A stretch of DNA of 64,000 nt from Epiperipatus broadwayi (Eukaryota; Animalia; Onychophora): positions 7,750,001 to 7,814,000 of the forward strand of contig JAQFVV010000005.1 of the NCBI GenBank assembly GCA_028023455.1, given 5' to 3'. Every line of letters starts with the position of its first letter. Positions within the stretch are counted from its first letter, which is position 1. Under the pieces are notes generated by a model. The model was not told the DNA's origin, searched no databases, and saw nothing but the letters and a program-made list of their open reading frames with translations. A program made the position numbers and the translations under genes. Below are positions 23,757 to 36,325 of this stretch, in pieces.

Positions 23757-24879
23757 GGTGAGAGATATTTTCAGTGTAGTTTTTGTGATTACAAGTCTGC
23801 TAAAAAAAGTAATGTAAAAGCACACGAAAATATTCATACAGGAGAAAAAACATATAAATGAACTGTTTGTGATTACAGGACTGAGTTTAAAGGTTATTTA
23901 AAAGTACATGAAAGGTCTCATACAGGAGAAAATCATCTTGGTGAAAAATGTTTTCATTGCAGTTTTTGTGATTACACATCTACAAAGAAAAGTAATATAA
24001 AATCATACAGGAGAGAAACTGTTCCAATGTACTTTTTGTGAATACAAAACTTCATTTAAAAGCTCATTAAATGTACATGAGAAACGTCATACAGGAGAAA
24101 AACCTTTTCAGTGCACTTTCTGTGATTATAGGTCTGCTGTAAAAAGAGGCATAAAGAAACATGAAACAACTCATACAGGGAGAAAAATATTTTACTGTAC
24201 ATTGTGTGATTACAGTGCTGCTCAAAAAGGTCATTTGACAGCACATGCAAGCAAACATACAGGAGAAACACCTTTTTGTTGCAGATTATGCAATTATAAA
24301 TCTGCTGTAAAAGGTTCTGTAAAAATGCATAAAAAAATTCATATAGGAAAAAAACCTTACCAGTGCAGTTTTTGTAATTTTAAATGTTTTAGAAAATGTC
24401 ATCTAATACGACATACAAATCGTTGCCATCCAAGTGAAACAACTTTTAAATGCAGTTTTTGTGATTATCAGTCTGCTGTAGAATGTTTTCGAAAATTACA
24501 TGAAGTAATTCATATGAGAGGGAAAAAATTCATATGTAATTTATGTGATTACAAGGCTGATGATCAAGAACAATTAAAAATACATGAAATAAGTCATGCT
24601 GGAGAACAACTTACCCATTATACTTTGGGTGACTATAACACAATTTCTCAAAATGTTTCAGTGATTCACAAAAACTGTACATTTACAAAACAATCATCCT
24701 TCAACTTATATTTAAATAAAGAAAAAACACATATGCAAGAGATCTATTTCCATAGTTCTCAAATTTTTAAATGTCACTTGTGTAATTATGAAACTACAGA
24801 TAAAAGTGTATTGGAAAGCCATGAAGTGAATCATTTTCATGATCAAAACACACTTGAAATTCTTATACAATTAATCTGA
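23757..24879 (+). pseudogene. Tandem C2H2 zinc-finger array (CxxCDY...HTGEK type), ~11 fingers plus one degenerate; 5' part disrupted
   Basis: Repeats such as CSFCDYKSAKKSNVKAHENIHTGEK and CTFCEYKTSFKSSLNVHEKRHTGEKPF. In-frame TGA at 23859-23861 replaces the first Cys of finger 2; frameshifting deletion near 24000 in finger 3; frame 24001-24879 is open. Start and upstream exons not resolved. Confidence 0.75.
24001..24879 (+). CDS. Open 3' portion of the C2H2 zinc-finger protein (8 fingers plus one degenerate)
   Basis: Uninterrupted frame from ...HTGEKLFQCTFCEY to stop at 24879, including the track ORF 24202-24879; AATAAA near 25035. Could be a functional last exon only if spliced past the lesions. 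Confidence 0.5.
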   Translation, partial: NHTGEKLFQCTFCEYKTSFKSSLNVHEKRHTGEKPFQCTFCDYRSAVKRGIKKHETTHTGRKIFYCTLCDYSAAQKGHLTAHASKHTGETPFCCRLCNYKSAVKGSVKMHKKIHIGKKPYQCSFCNFKCFRKCHLIRHTNRCHPSETTFKCSFCDYQSAVECFRKLHEVIHMRGKKFICNLCDYKADDQEQLKIHEISHAGEQLTHYTLGDYNTISQNVSVIHKNCTFTKQSSFNLYLNKEKTHMQEIYFHSSQIFKCHLCNYETTDKSVLESHEVNHFHDQNTLEILIQLI

Positions 24880-27800
24880 GGCAATCATCTGAAAAATTAA
24901 TTTATTACTGTATCTTTTATCTCATAAGATGTTTTTTTGTTTAATGTTCTGGAAAATTTGCTGCCATGAAATAGACAAGATTATTTAAAAATTCATATAG
25001 TCTGAAATGTGGTAATTGGACTATTTGTATATAATAATAAAGAAATAAATATTTTTTTAATATTCATGTTAATGTATTTCTTTAAAAATAATGGCTAACT
25101 ATTTTAATGGTTGAAAGAGAGAAGAAGATAATAAATGGTGGATATTCTCAGGATTTTAAATATTATAACTAAGTAAATAACATCCATCCATTAATATATT
25201 GTTAGATATAAAAAGAAATTTTATTGTACTCAATTATATTCAATAACTATAAGTACATATAATTTTAAGATATGGATTGAACTAACTACATTAAATAAAT
25301 AACTAGACTTATATAAACATTTTCATTATATGTATTCATACATTTATCTAATTATATCATAACTATTAAATTACAATATCTCAAATAATTATACTCTTCT
25401 TTGTAAATCAATTAATTCTACAATACTCTATGATAATAACTTTAAAATAAATTAGAGATTAAAATTCTCATTTTCCAAAATAAAACATATTAAAATATTT
25501 AAGTGAGCATGGAAAATTATTAAAACAGTGTTTATCATATAAAATAAACAAGTAAGAAAGTCAAATTAATTTAAATAAAATAAAATTATACTTTTTTACA
25601 ATAAAGTAAGTAAAATATATATAAAAAAAGGAAATAAATAATGAAATACCTACTCAAATACTATGTTTCAAATATGAAACAAAATTCTAAAGAAATCCTG
25701 TATCTTTATATCATATACGTGTTATTGAACCACCTAACAGTGGTTCAATAAATATGTTACACGATATCAAAACCATTAAAGGAAGATTGCTTTAAAAATA
25801 AGCATAAAATTTACAGTTATATAATATATTTTCTTTAATTCTTTATAACTTAACTAAATACATCAGTTTTTAGTTTTATTTTTTCTATAAACACAAATAT
25901 GACATTATTCTTAGTACACACTTTTACTCACTATTTTTTATCATATAATAACATAACATCAAATTCATCTTATATTATTACAAACTGTATGGCTTTGAAC
26001 TAGAATGCATTCATATGCAAATACAAAAATTATAGGAAACTTTGTTCTACTATCTAACAATAAAATACTAAATATGCTAGAAAACTTAGAAAAGACTGGA
26101 AAATATTTAATGATAAATAAAATGTACTATTATATAAATAATTTCAAATAATACTAAACTTATAACAATCTTACTTTAAAAATAAACATTCAATTAAATA
26201 CATGTTTATATATTAAAATAAATATAGTCCTACTTTATAAAGATACCTGTTTTTCCAAAATCACTTTCCTGTATTGAAATAGTAATTTTTGATCCCTTAC
26301 TGTTTCACCTCAAGTTTTGATTACTAACCATATCTGTGCTGGGTTTAAACTCAAAGTAATTAAATAAGTGTACTATCATGGCTTTGTGCATTGCTTTATA
26401 TATGTACATACGAACAGACAGCTGTAATATCAATTATATTAAATATTACAGCGAATAAGTTTTGGTTCACTATAAAAAACCATTTGCATTATAGATCAAA
26501 TATTATAAAGTCAATGTATTAATTTGTTTCATTATAAATTCGTATATAGATGTATAATCCATCCTATATAGTGATACATATATAGGATGGTATGATTTAG
26601 TTTTGTTAAAAGTTTTAGCTATTATAAATTAAAAGTGAAATAGTTATAAACAAAATTTGCATTAAGGCACATTACTTGTAGGAAAATCAGTTTTAAATTT
26701 AGCAAATTTCGTACACTAATTTGTTCTCAGCAAAAGTCTTATACAATAAAGTCGCTGAAATGGCACTATTGAAATTTCTGGGCGGGGGGGGGATTTTAAA
26801 CACCTTAAAAAATTAAACAAAAGTTTAAGATCAATTTTTTAAAATCTGAAATTTTAATATAACTTCTAAACACTAATAGGTTTTCAGGCGAAATAAATTC
26901 TCAACAAGTAAATGCTTGAGGTAGATGTAGTATAAAAAGGTCATAAATTGAGCTTGTAAAGACACCAATACTTGTAAGAGTGATTGCCATTATACTCCAC
27001 GCCACTTAAAATTTTGATGGCTAAGAAAGGCAAATGGATGAACGGTGAGTTTACTGCCATCCAATGTGCCTGGCAACCAAAGCGCCAAAGTGATGAAATT
27101 CTCCAGCAAAAGCCTACTGCCAGAAGACACCATGAACCTGCTCAAGAAAGATTACCACCATGCCTGAAGTTCAAGGGTCTATATATCCAGTGGAAATGAA
27201 GAACTGGTAATAGAAACCCAGATCCGCAGTGCTCTGTATCAATTAATATTCAATTTCTTAACTTAAAAGCTAACTAAATGTAACTTCAAGAAACCTTTGA
27301 ACGTTCAAATTAATGTTAATTTTAAACTCTGTCTAAATCAATTAACAATTCTGTAACTTATCTATCTACACTTGTAATCCTATTTTATTAAATCAAATTA
27401 ATGTCTTACATAATTCTTATTATATATCACTGCAGTTGTGCCTATACTTAATGATTATTTTAAAACATATTTTGATATATTTATATGCCAATGCTTCAAA
27501 ACAGTAAGCCTTTAAATTTAATAAATTTTAGAGAAGATATAATTAAAATACCTTCATATAATTATTTTTCTTAATGTCACCAATTATATGCACTGTTTTG
27601 AAATCCTATATTAATAATAGTAACTAACTGCTCTGTGCTCGTTATTGTTAATTATTTGTTTGTTATATAAATGCATAATGTGGTTTGCTTCCATATTTGA
27701 TTTATGATTTAATTAATGTTATAATAAGTAATAGACTAGCCTTAGGGACAATTAGAAAGTATATTTATTTGTCAATCTATTTAGTTCTTTTAAATGTACT

Positions 27801-30800
27801 TTTCCCTCCTTAAATGATTATTAATATGTGGATTGAAACATGTTAACAAGATCGATAATATAATTATTCCCTTAAATAGCTTATAGTAATGCTAGTTAAG
27901 AATTGGCTCCAGGCAGATGAGTAAACCACCTCGCTTTCGAACTCTAAATGTTTGTATCATAAACAGGAGAATGCTCGATTCATGTTGGTTGCAAGAACCC
28001 TTGACAAATAATTCTCTGCAGGACAACTTTATTATTAATATTTGCCAGTGCAATAGCACATGTTGGTGATCTAGAGCAGCCAATTCTATCTTCTTATGAA
28101 TTAATATTCAGCATTAGTCTGAAACCATCTCTTGATTCTTGGGTTCAATCTATCTCAGTGAGCTTGTTTATGCGCTCATCTCTTATTTAGAAATCTATAT
28201 ATAATATTATGAATGGTCTATCAAGGGCTAGTGAAGTTACTTATGAAATAGTAACCACAACCTTAAGGATAGGATTTGGCATGATCATTATAGGCATAAC
28301 TTATGGGTCTGTATATGTACATTCACACATGTTAAATTAATATGTAAAGATGAGAGTGATATGATAATTTTCTTATCTACTGAACACCTGCATGTGTTTG
28401 CCACACTTCTGAATTATGTTCTTTGGCTTTATTTATTTTGCTAATTAATAAATATATATTTAAATTACATTGGTTTCATATGATTTCTCATAGTCTAATT
28501 TCAATTCAATCTTAGTTATTATGTTATATAAGAGTGATCTATGCATTAATGTTAAATTATAAGTATTACCTCCATCATCATGCCATTACTATTATAATTT
28601 TGTAGTCAGTTAGGTCTCCAAAGAACCCCTAAGTCTTATGTTTCTCCCTGCCCTATGCCAGTCACAAAGAAATGGAGACTGAGTGTAACTTCAGAAATAT
28701 TATTTGTAAGGTATTGAGTCACTGAGTACTGGCAAAGATTCGGGACTTCACCATCCCACTCTGGTCAGCTTTGGTCTATTTGCCTTGATTCTGGATTCTG
28801 TTGCATGAATGTACAAATTTGATCATTATAGTATGCTCATCTATATAATAAACAATAATCTATTAATAACTATATATATTTTTAATAACAAACAATTGCA
28901 AAAAAAATTAAATTGAAAGACAAAGTTCTAAAAACAATCCATAGTTTTTCTGTTTAATTCCTTTTATAATTTTTAAGAAATTCCAAACTGATGCAGTTTT
29001 TTTTGCAAGAAATATCCATTAATATAGGTGTGATGTTTGCTCTTTGTAAGTTTTATTTTCTCCTTTCTCATTAGTTAGATATTCCAAGATATGTTAATAA
29101 AGTGACATAGAAGGCTAATGTCTTCTAGGCAAATGTTTTTAATTCCTTTAGCTCATCATTGTAGCTTCCATAAAATTTTTAAAATATAAGCATGAGAATG
29201 AATGCTTGAGAATAATAATGATAAGAATGTCTATAAAAAATTCAGTCACATTTATAGACTTTCCAATATTATATTTATGTCATCAAATTGAATACCATTT
29301 CTATAGCAATGTACTAATGTTCCTTTTTTCAACATTTCTTTATCCAATTTGTGCTTGAGGCAGATTTCCATTGTTTAAATATTCATACAATCACATTTGC
29401 ATGTTAGAGTGTCCCCTTAAATATTACAGCATTCTTCACAATTAAAATATTTTAACTTACATAATTATCTTTACAATTTATAATAAATAATCTCTTTAAT
29501 AGATGTTGAGTAAATTTACGTATTAAAATTTTAAAGTAATGTTTCTAAATTTAAAAGTAGATAAGAATATATAAGCATGCACACACATAATAATCTAAAG
29601 TTATAATAATTTTTTAACTCATTTTGAAATATATGATCTAAATATGAATGTATTATTTCTGTTATAAAAATCATTTATACACATGTAAAGTATTATATGT
29701 TTTATAATGTATTAAATATTATTTTCTAAAATAGTATATGTATTTAAATAAAATATGAAGGCCTTAACATTATTTTTACCACAAATCCAAAAAAAAATTC
29801 TATTAATAATTTCAAAAATACAAAAGTTTCTTTAAATAATGACATAAAATTTTAATGATTGATTCATAAGGTATTCAATTTTATTAATATTAAACTTAAA
29901 ATAAGCTAATAAATTTTTTTAGAATATAAGTATTATTAAGCTTAGATCAGATTATTATATTACACTATATACATAATGAAATATAATAATAGACAAAAAA
30001 TAATAATGATAAAAAATCCATTCCTCTTACCAGAAACAATAAAGCCAAGATAAACAGCTAATTGTTTACAATAATTTTCCTATTTAATTAATATTAAATA
30101 GAGCAATTTATATTTTACTATTCGTACTTAATCCTGATATAGAGTGTTAGTACATGTAAAATGTCAAACAGCCATCTATCAATGAGTGTCCCACGAATAC
30201 ACTATAAAAAACGAATTAGGCAAAAATTTCGAATATTTTTTTACAATATTTGAAGCTTTATATAAATGTCATTTGCATTTTAATATAAATTGGTGGTGAA
30301 CATTTTTGATTAATTTTTTTTTTATTCCCATTGGATTTTTTTTAGAGTGTATTCAAAAATTAACTTGTTAAAGAATGATTTTGCATTTTCTCTCTTTTAA
30401 TTATACTTTTAATATCTATGCTAACTTGTAATATTGTGAGCTTTATCAAATTAAATTATCAATGCATTAATATTCCTAATTTTTTAAAAGTTATACTCAT
30501 AAAAATATCTGAATGGTTGGTAAATGCTGATTTTTCAAACTGAGTGTTTTACATTGTACTGTATTAAAAAATGTTGTAATGAAAATATTTTCAATTTTTA
30601 AAAACAAAACAAAAAAGATAACACTAAACAAATTGTTATTGCTTATATGATATAAAAGTTAATTGCTATATCTTGTGTTACTCAACAATCCTTGATATGA
30701 TAGTTTAATTGAATAAAACAAGTTTTTTTTAATTTATTTTAAAATTGAGTTCATAAAACTTCTTACATTGTTAAATATAAACAATGTCTAAACTTTAGAA

Positions 30801-32317
30801 GCTTAAAATGATGTATATTTCATCTGAAAAAAAGAGGCTATATTATCATAAAACTTTAAATTTTGTCAAGAAATAAAGAAACTTTGAGACAAAAATAAGC
30901 ATGTGAATTGATAATTATATGAGCAAAATTTAGCTGAAAAAGTTTCAAGACAAATCATTATCTTTATAATACAGTGACTGATAAATTTATTGAGACAGTT
31001 CTAGAAAGGAAAATTATTAATAATGAAAGAAACCTCTTAGTTATAACAAATGTGTTTTATTGTCTGATAAAATGTATTAAAAAATTATTTTTATCTGCGT
31101 ATTAGTTTTAGTTTTTTTTATAATTTCTAGAATGTTTCATAACTGATAGTAAAAGAATATCTTAAGTTAAAACCATTATTCTTTTATTAGGGTCTGCATA
31201 GAAGAGTAACTGTTATGACAGTTTTGAACTTTTCATTTTAAAACGACCAGATTTTTTAAAAAATGCTATTTTATGATATTTAAATAAAGTCTTTGGTAAG
31301 CCAAGAATACTAATACTTTATTATTACTATGACAATATATTCAAGTATGAATCTTTTTAATCTTAATTTAGAATCTGGAAATGATAAAGTTTTTACAACC
31401 ATACTTCCATAATAAATCATTTTATTATTATCACTAAACTTTTGGAAGCAACAGATTCAGTTTGTTAAATATAATATCTACCAAAAAAAAAAAAAAAAAG
31501 ATTAGTAAAGGATGCTAAAAAGTTGATACTAATGGATTTTATAATTCTTTATACATTGAATTATTTTAGAAATATTAAATGATTCACAATGTCATTGTAG
31601 TAATAATCAACTTTTTAAATAAAAGGGTTGGCTTTCTGAATATTTCTTTAACATTTATATCCCTACTGAAATATGTTTCACAGATTATTCATTAAAATAA
31701 TCAAGTAACAGATTAAAATATACTTAACTGTTAAGATTGAAGGAAAAAACTAGTTTTATAAATGTTCCAATTACTTAACACATTGGGATATAAAAGGCTA
31801 TTTCAAACTGAATTAAAATAATTATTCATTTGTGTTGTGACACAAAAAATTTTTACCATAAGTTTGGAATAAATGAATGGCTACTGAAGATATTGCATGT
31901 TAAATCATTCACTCACATATCAAAAATGCTAATGTACTGTTAGTAATACTTGTATGATTGAGACAGTAATCAGCAAAACAGTTGATTTTGAAAAGGGGGG
32001 GGGGGTGTATTTGCTTTAAGTCTTAACAAATGGCTTGCTAAACAACTTAACATTGATGTTATTCTGTGTACTTTATATGGATACAACTCATCTAGATGAT
32101 TTTAGTTTTAGGTTTTCTTGTAAGTATTTTTATTGCATTTATTAAGTTCTAAATAAACCATCAAACATCACATAATTACCATTCTTTATGCTTACACAAC
32201 CTTTTTTTCATGAGACAAAACTCTATACAGTAGCACCACTCAATGCAAGCCAGAGTAATTGATGAATGCAAGAAGGTTTGTACATAAAATTCCTATCAAG
32301 TACCTACTCATCCAATA

Positions 32318-32359
32318 TCCCCAGACTAGCTTCTAGTTCATGGCTTTCATTAGTGAGGA
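32318..32359 (-). ncRNA. Hammerhead ribozyme, degenerate (G5>A, A15.1>G)
   Basis: UCCUCA CUaAUGA AAGCCAUGAACUA GAAgC UA GUC UGGGGA. Confidence 0.7.
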
Positions 32360-32399
32360 TCTGAGAGCACTGCACCTAGATCTTACTACTCATCCAATA

Positions 32400-32441
32400 T
32401 CCCCAGACTAGTTTTTAGCTTGTGGCTTTCATCAATGAGGA
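32400..32441 (-). ncRNA. Hammerhead ribozyme, degenerate (C3>U, G12>A)
   Basis: UCCUCA uUGAUGA AAGCCACAAGCUA aAAAC UA GUC UGGGGA. Confidence 0.7.
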
Positions 32442-32486
32442 ACCTTGGATCTGAGAACATTGCACCTAGATCTTAGTACTCCAATA

Positions 32487-32528
32487 TCCCCAGACTAGTT
32501 TCTAGCTTATGGCTTTCATCAGTGAGGA
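32487..32528 (-). ncRNA. Minimal type I hammerhead ribozyme, core intact
   Basis: UCCUCA CUGAUGA A-AGC-CAUAA-GCU-A GAAAC UA GUC UGGGGA. Confidence 0.85.
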
Positions 32529-32574
32529 GCCTTTGATCTGAAAGCACTATACCTAGGTGCAGTGCATCCGAGGC

Positions 32575-32616
32575 TCCTCACTGATGAAAAGGACAAGCTA
32601 GAAACTAGTCTGGTGA
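32575..32616 (+). ncRNA. Hammerhead ribozyme, core intact, stem II eroded
   Basis: UCCUCA CUGAUGA AAAGGACAAGCUA GAAAC UA GUC UGGUGA. Confidence 0.75.
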
Positions 32617-33809
32617 TATTGGATATGTAGTCACTAGATAGGGATTTTATGCACAAACCTTACAGCATCCATTGATTACTCTGGCTTGCACTAAGTGGTG
32701 CTACTGTATGGAGAGTTTTGACTCTGTAAGTTCTAAATATGATTACTCAGCATTAAAATAAGATTTAGTTTATCTCTCATTTTGCATTAGATTCCGAGTA
32801 TATTTTTATTAAAGAATTGAAAGTGATATTTTATTTTAATAGAGAAGATCTTTTGATAAAGAATGAATAACTTTTAATAATATTAAGAAAATTAAATAAT
32901 ACTCAAATGTATACATGAAATTGACATGTTCATAAAAATTGGATTACAGTTTGAACAATCTTTATCCTGCCCTAAATTAATAATAAGTGAAATTATTAAA
33001 TAAATAAAGCTAACATTCAAAATCTTACTTACAATTTCTAAAAAACATTATTATTAAATTTAATTAGAAAATATAGATGTAAAATGACTTTCTTTTAGAT
33101 AAAATCTCAAAATTCTCATAAAGTTAATAAATGTGGAAACACTTTTAGCTGATACCATATAAAATTGTTCTCTCTTCAACAAATTGAATTATTGGGATTG
33201 GCCTTCATATTTTGTTACTCCATATATTTAATTTCCATTTTATCAAAAATTGGTTTCACTTTGACAAATCAAATAATTAACACTTTTTGCTTTCTGATCC
33301 ATTTTATCAACATATCTTCCATGAATTTGTCACTCTTATATTTTTACTAAATTTCAAAACCCATTATTTTAATAAATCAACTCCTCTACCACCTCCAATT
33401 TGTTATTAATATGTTATGTCAAGGTTTGATTTTTTTAAACCTATTTCAGTAATTGCAGTGTTAGTCAATAGCTTTAATAAATATCTTATCAGAAAATCAG
33501 ACTATATTTATTCACAGAGGACATTGCTGAAAAAACATCACATTTCAGAGAGATTTTATAGACTACATTATAAAGTGTTTAATGAAGGGGTAATTTGTAT
33601 ATTCAAATTCATAATCCTAGGAATAAGGTTATGTAAATTAAACCTACACTAAAAAATGACTGAAGACATTGAAGTAAAAAGGGAGACAGAAGGCTGTATT
33701 AGATATAGTACTTAACTTTTAACATCAAATAGTTAGTTAAACTCCAAAAATGAGTTTAACTGTTTGAGGTTTGGATTTAATATTTATTCATAGAGGGAAT
33801 TGCTGAATA

Positions 33810-35409
33810 TAGAGAAGGCATATGATAGAGTGAATAGAAATAGATTATGGATAAGTTTAGCAAATCTGGGAATGGTTGAAGCTTTAGGGGATGTTATTAA
33901 GAAATTATATGAAAATAATTACTATACATATCAATTAGGGGATATACAATCAGTTGAAGTTAAAAATGGGGTGGGACTAAGGCAAGGATGCCCTATGTCA
34001 CCTATTTTGTTTTTGTTGTATTTGAGTGAAATGGAGAGAGCAATAGACTAGGAAGAGGGTTAGAGATACCGTTAGTAGGTGGCAAGGGAGTATATACATT
34101 GTCAGGTCATTTTTTTGCAGATGATGTATTTTCGTGTGTAGGAAGAAGAGAAGATATGGAAGTTATGCTGAGGACATGTGCAAGGGTGGGTAAAAATATG
34201 GGGATTAAATTTAGTGAAGAAAAATCAAATATAATGATGGTGAATACTGGGGAAAGAGAAGACAAAGATTTCTTATTGGGGGATATAAAGTTAAGATATA
34301 GTTATTTGGAAATCATCTTGAATAATCAGAAAAATTGCTTGGATGAATGGGAGAAAAAATTGATAAATGAAGCAAAGAAAAGAAAGGGATTGATAAAGAA
34401 ATTAACAGAGTTTTCATATAATAAATATGATATAGCTAGAATTGTATGGAAGGAAATGGCAGTAGCAAGGTTAACATATGGTAATGAGGTGTTATGTGTT
34501 AGTAAAGGGTTATTAGATTACTTAGAAAAAGTACAAAGGGAAGTAGGAAGACATGCATTAGATGCAGAGATGTGGACAGCAAAAAAGGCAATTCAAGGAG
34601 AAATGGGATGGTCAAGTTTTTATATGAGGGATGCAAAAAGCAAATTGAAAATGTTTGGTAGATTGCAGTTTATGGATAATAAAAGAATAGCCAAAATAGT
34701 TAATTAATTGGGTTACAAGTAAAGGGCAGGCAACAAGATGGGTGAGAAAGGTAATGCGGTATGCAGAAGATTTGGATAAAGAATTTATGTCAGTATACTT
34801 GTACAAAAGGTGGGATGATTGTGTTAGGAAGATTGTTGAGTGTTATAGTGGTAAGGAGTGGGATAGAAGAATAGATGCATTAATAGGGAGTTGGAGATTA
34901 AAACGAGTTTAAATATATATAGAAGTAAACGGAACATTGGGTGTGAGTTAATTCATGATAATAGTAAGGAAAATAGTTTATTGTTTAAATCTTGAATGGG
35001 ATCTTTAGCAACAAGGGAATATACACATAAATGGAAAAATATGGATGATTTAGTCTGCAAGTTGTGAAAGGAAGGCATAGAAAATATTAGGCATCTGTTA
35101 CTTCAATGTAAATGCTTGGAAGAAGAAAGGGTACAAATAATGAAGTTATGGTAGATTAAATATGAACAAAGTGATTATGCAGAAAGTAAGTTATTGGTTT
35201 TTATGCTAGGTTTGGGAAAAGATAAGGGGGATTTCGATATGAAGGTCATGGAGTTGACAAAGATTATGTTGTGGAAATGGGATGGAGCAGATTATGGGAA
35301 AACTTAGGGTGGAGAATGAAAAGGGAAGGTGAAGTGGCTAACAGGTTTCTCTGGTCATAATTGCTGAGAAATTCCTGATTCCATATAAGGAGAAGTCAGT
35401 ACATCACAT
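33810..35409 (+). mobile_element. 5'-truncated LINE, same family as 13690-15745
   Basis: EKAYDRVNRNRLW, GLRQGCPMSPILF, FFADDV, GWSSFYMRDAKSK (ORFs 33800-34051, 34099-34707); ends gtacatcacat. Confidence 0.9.
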
Positions 35410-35551
35410 TAGAAGGGTGATTTAATATTTCATATATAAACAAATAAATACTAGCTTATATATTTTCATTAAAAACATTCTTTGCATTATCTCTTTTTCT
35501 CAATATTATAAATATAAACTAATTGTATATAATCAAAAATACTAAAGTAAT

Positions 35552-36325
35552 TGATATGTCTGGGGGTGTAATTCTTGCTCTCCGGACCACATGAGATCTA
35601 AATTTATCCCCTGGTACAAACCACAACTAATACCATTAAAATTTAGTGTTTAATATATCTATATAAGAGGTTTACATTATTAATTAACAAATATACAATT
35701 TAATAATACATAGATCAGTAGGTATACAAAACTAATGATCGATACTATCTATTGAATCCTTTGATTTGCTTTGGAACATTCGGAGGCAAGTCACTCTGCA
35801 CTGGAAGCTTATGATACATATGGCAACACCCAGCACCAAGATTAAATGTCCATCTGCCCACCAGAAACGTTCAACAGTAAGTGTTTGTTTCTTTTTCTCA
35901 TTTGGCTTCTATCAATTGATTGTCCAATTACTCTTCTGATTAGCTTTTCTTTCAGATTCTATTGATAATTATTTCATTTATATGAAATACAGCCTGGACT
36001 GGAGAATTTTATTTCTATTGTTCTATTAAAAAGTTATTTTTGGATTTTTAGAGTTGTTATCAATGAATGGATCGGGAATCATTTAATTATTAATGGTATA
36101 TATTTTTATTGAAAGAAATTTCATTACTTATCTCCAGAGATTTTAACTATATGCTCTTTTTATCTATTTAGAAGTTAATCTTTTTTGATGTATAATACCA
36201 TTTCAATTTATTTAAGTTTATTATTCTTAAAAAGCTAAGTTTTAAAATTACAGTGCATGTATTTTTCATACATGTATATATAATGTCCTATTACAATTAA
36301 CTATTTTGTGTGTATGTATTTCCCT
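35552..36325 (-). repeat. 3' LTR
   Basis: Direct repeat of 40051-40824 (catgagatctaa.tttatcccc...atatatctatataagaggtttacattatt...gtcctattacaattaac). Inner boundary approximate. Confidence 0.85.

Larger units (their letters stand above)
32160..32720. mobile_element. Family-A element with three tandem minus ribozymes and one inverted plus ribozyme
   Basis: ccaatatccccagactag at 32312, 32393 and 32481; inversion axis acctaggt 32551-32558; arms 32216-32359 vs 32575-32720. Confidence 0.9.

Noticed and set aside
23859-23861. Selenocysteine recoding of the in-frame TGA
   Set aside because: A nearby frameshift indicates decay and I could not recognise a SECIS in the AT-rich 3' region.
27000-27420. 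GC-richer block with aatgaaga...gaaacccagatc, possibly a ribozyme or retroelement 3' end
   Set aside because: Core is not CUGANGA and stems do not form; no family could be assigned.
32312-32540. CRISPR-like repeat-spacer appearance of the triplet
   Set aside because: The whole unit repeats including the would-be spacers; it is a eukaryotic tandem ribozyme repeat with no cas genes.
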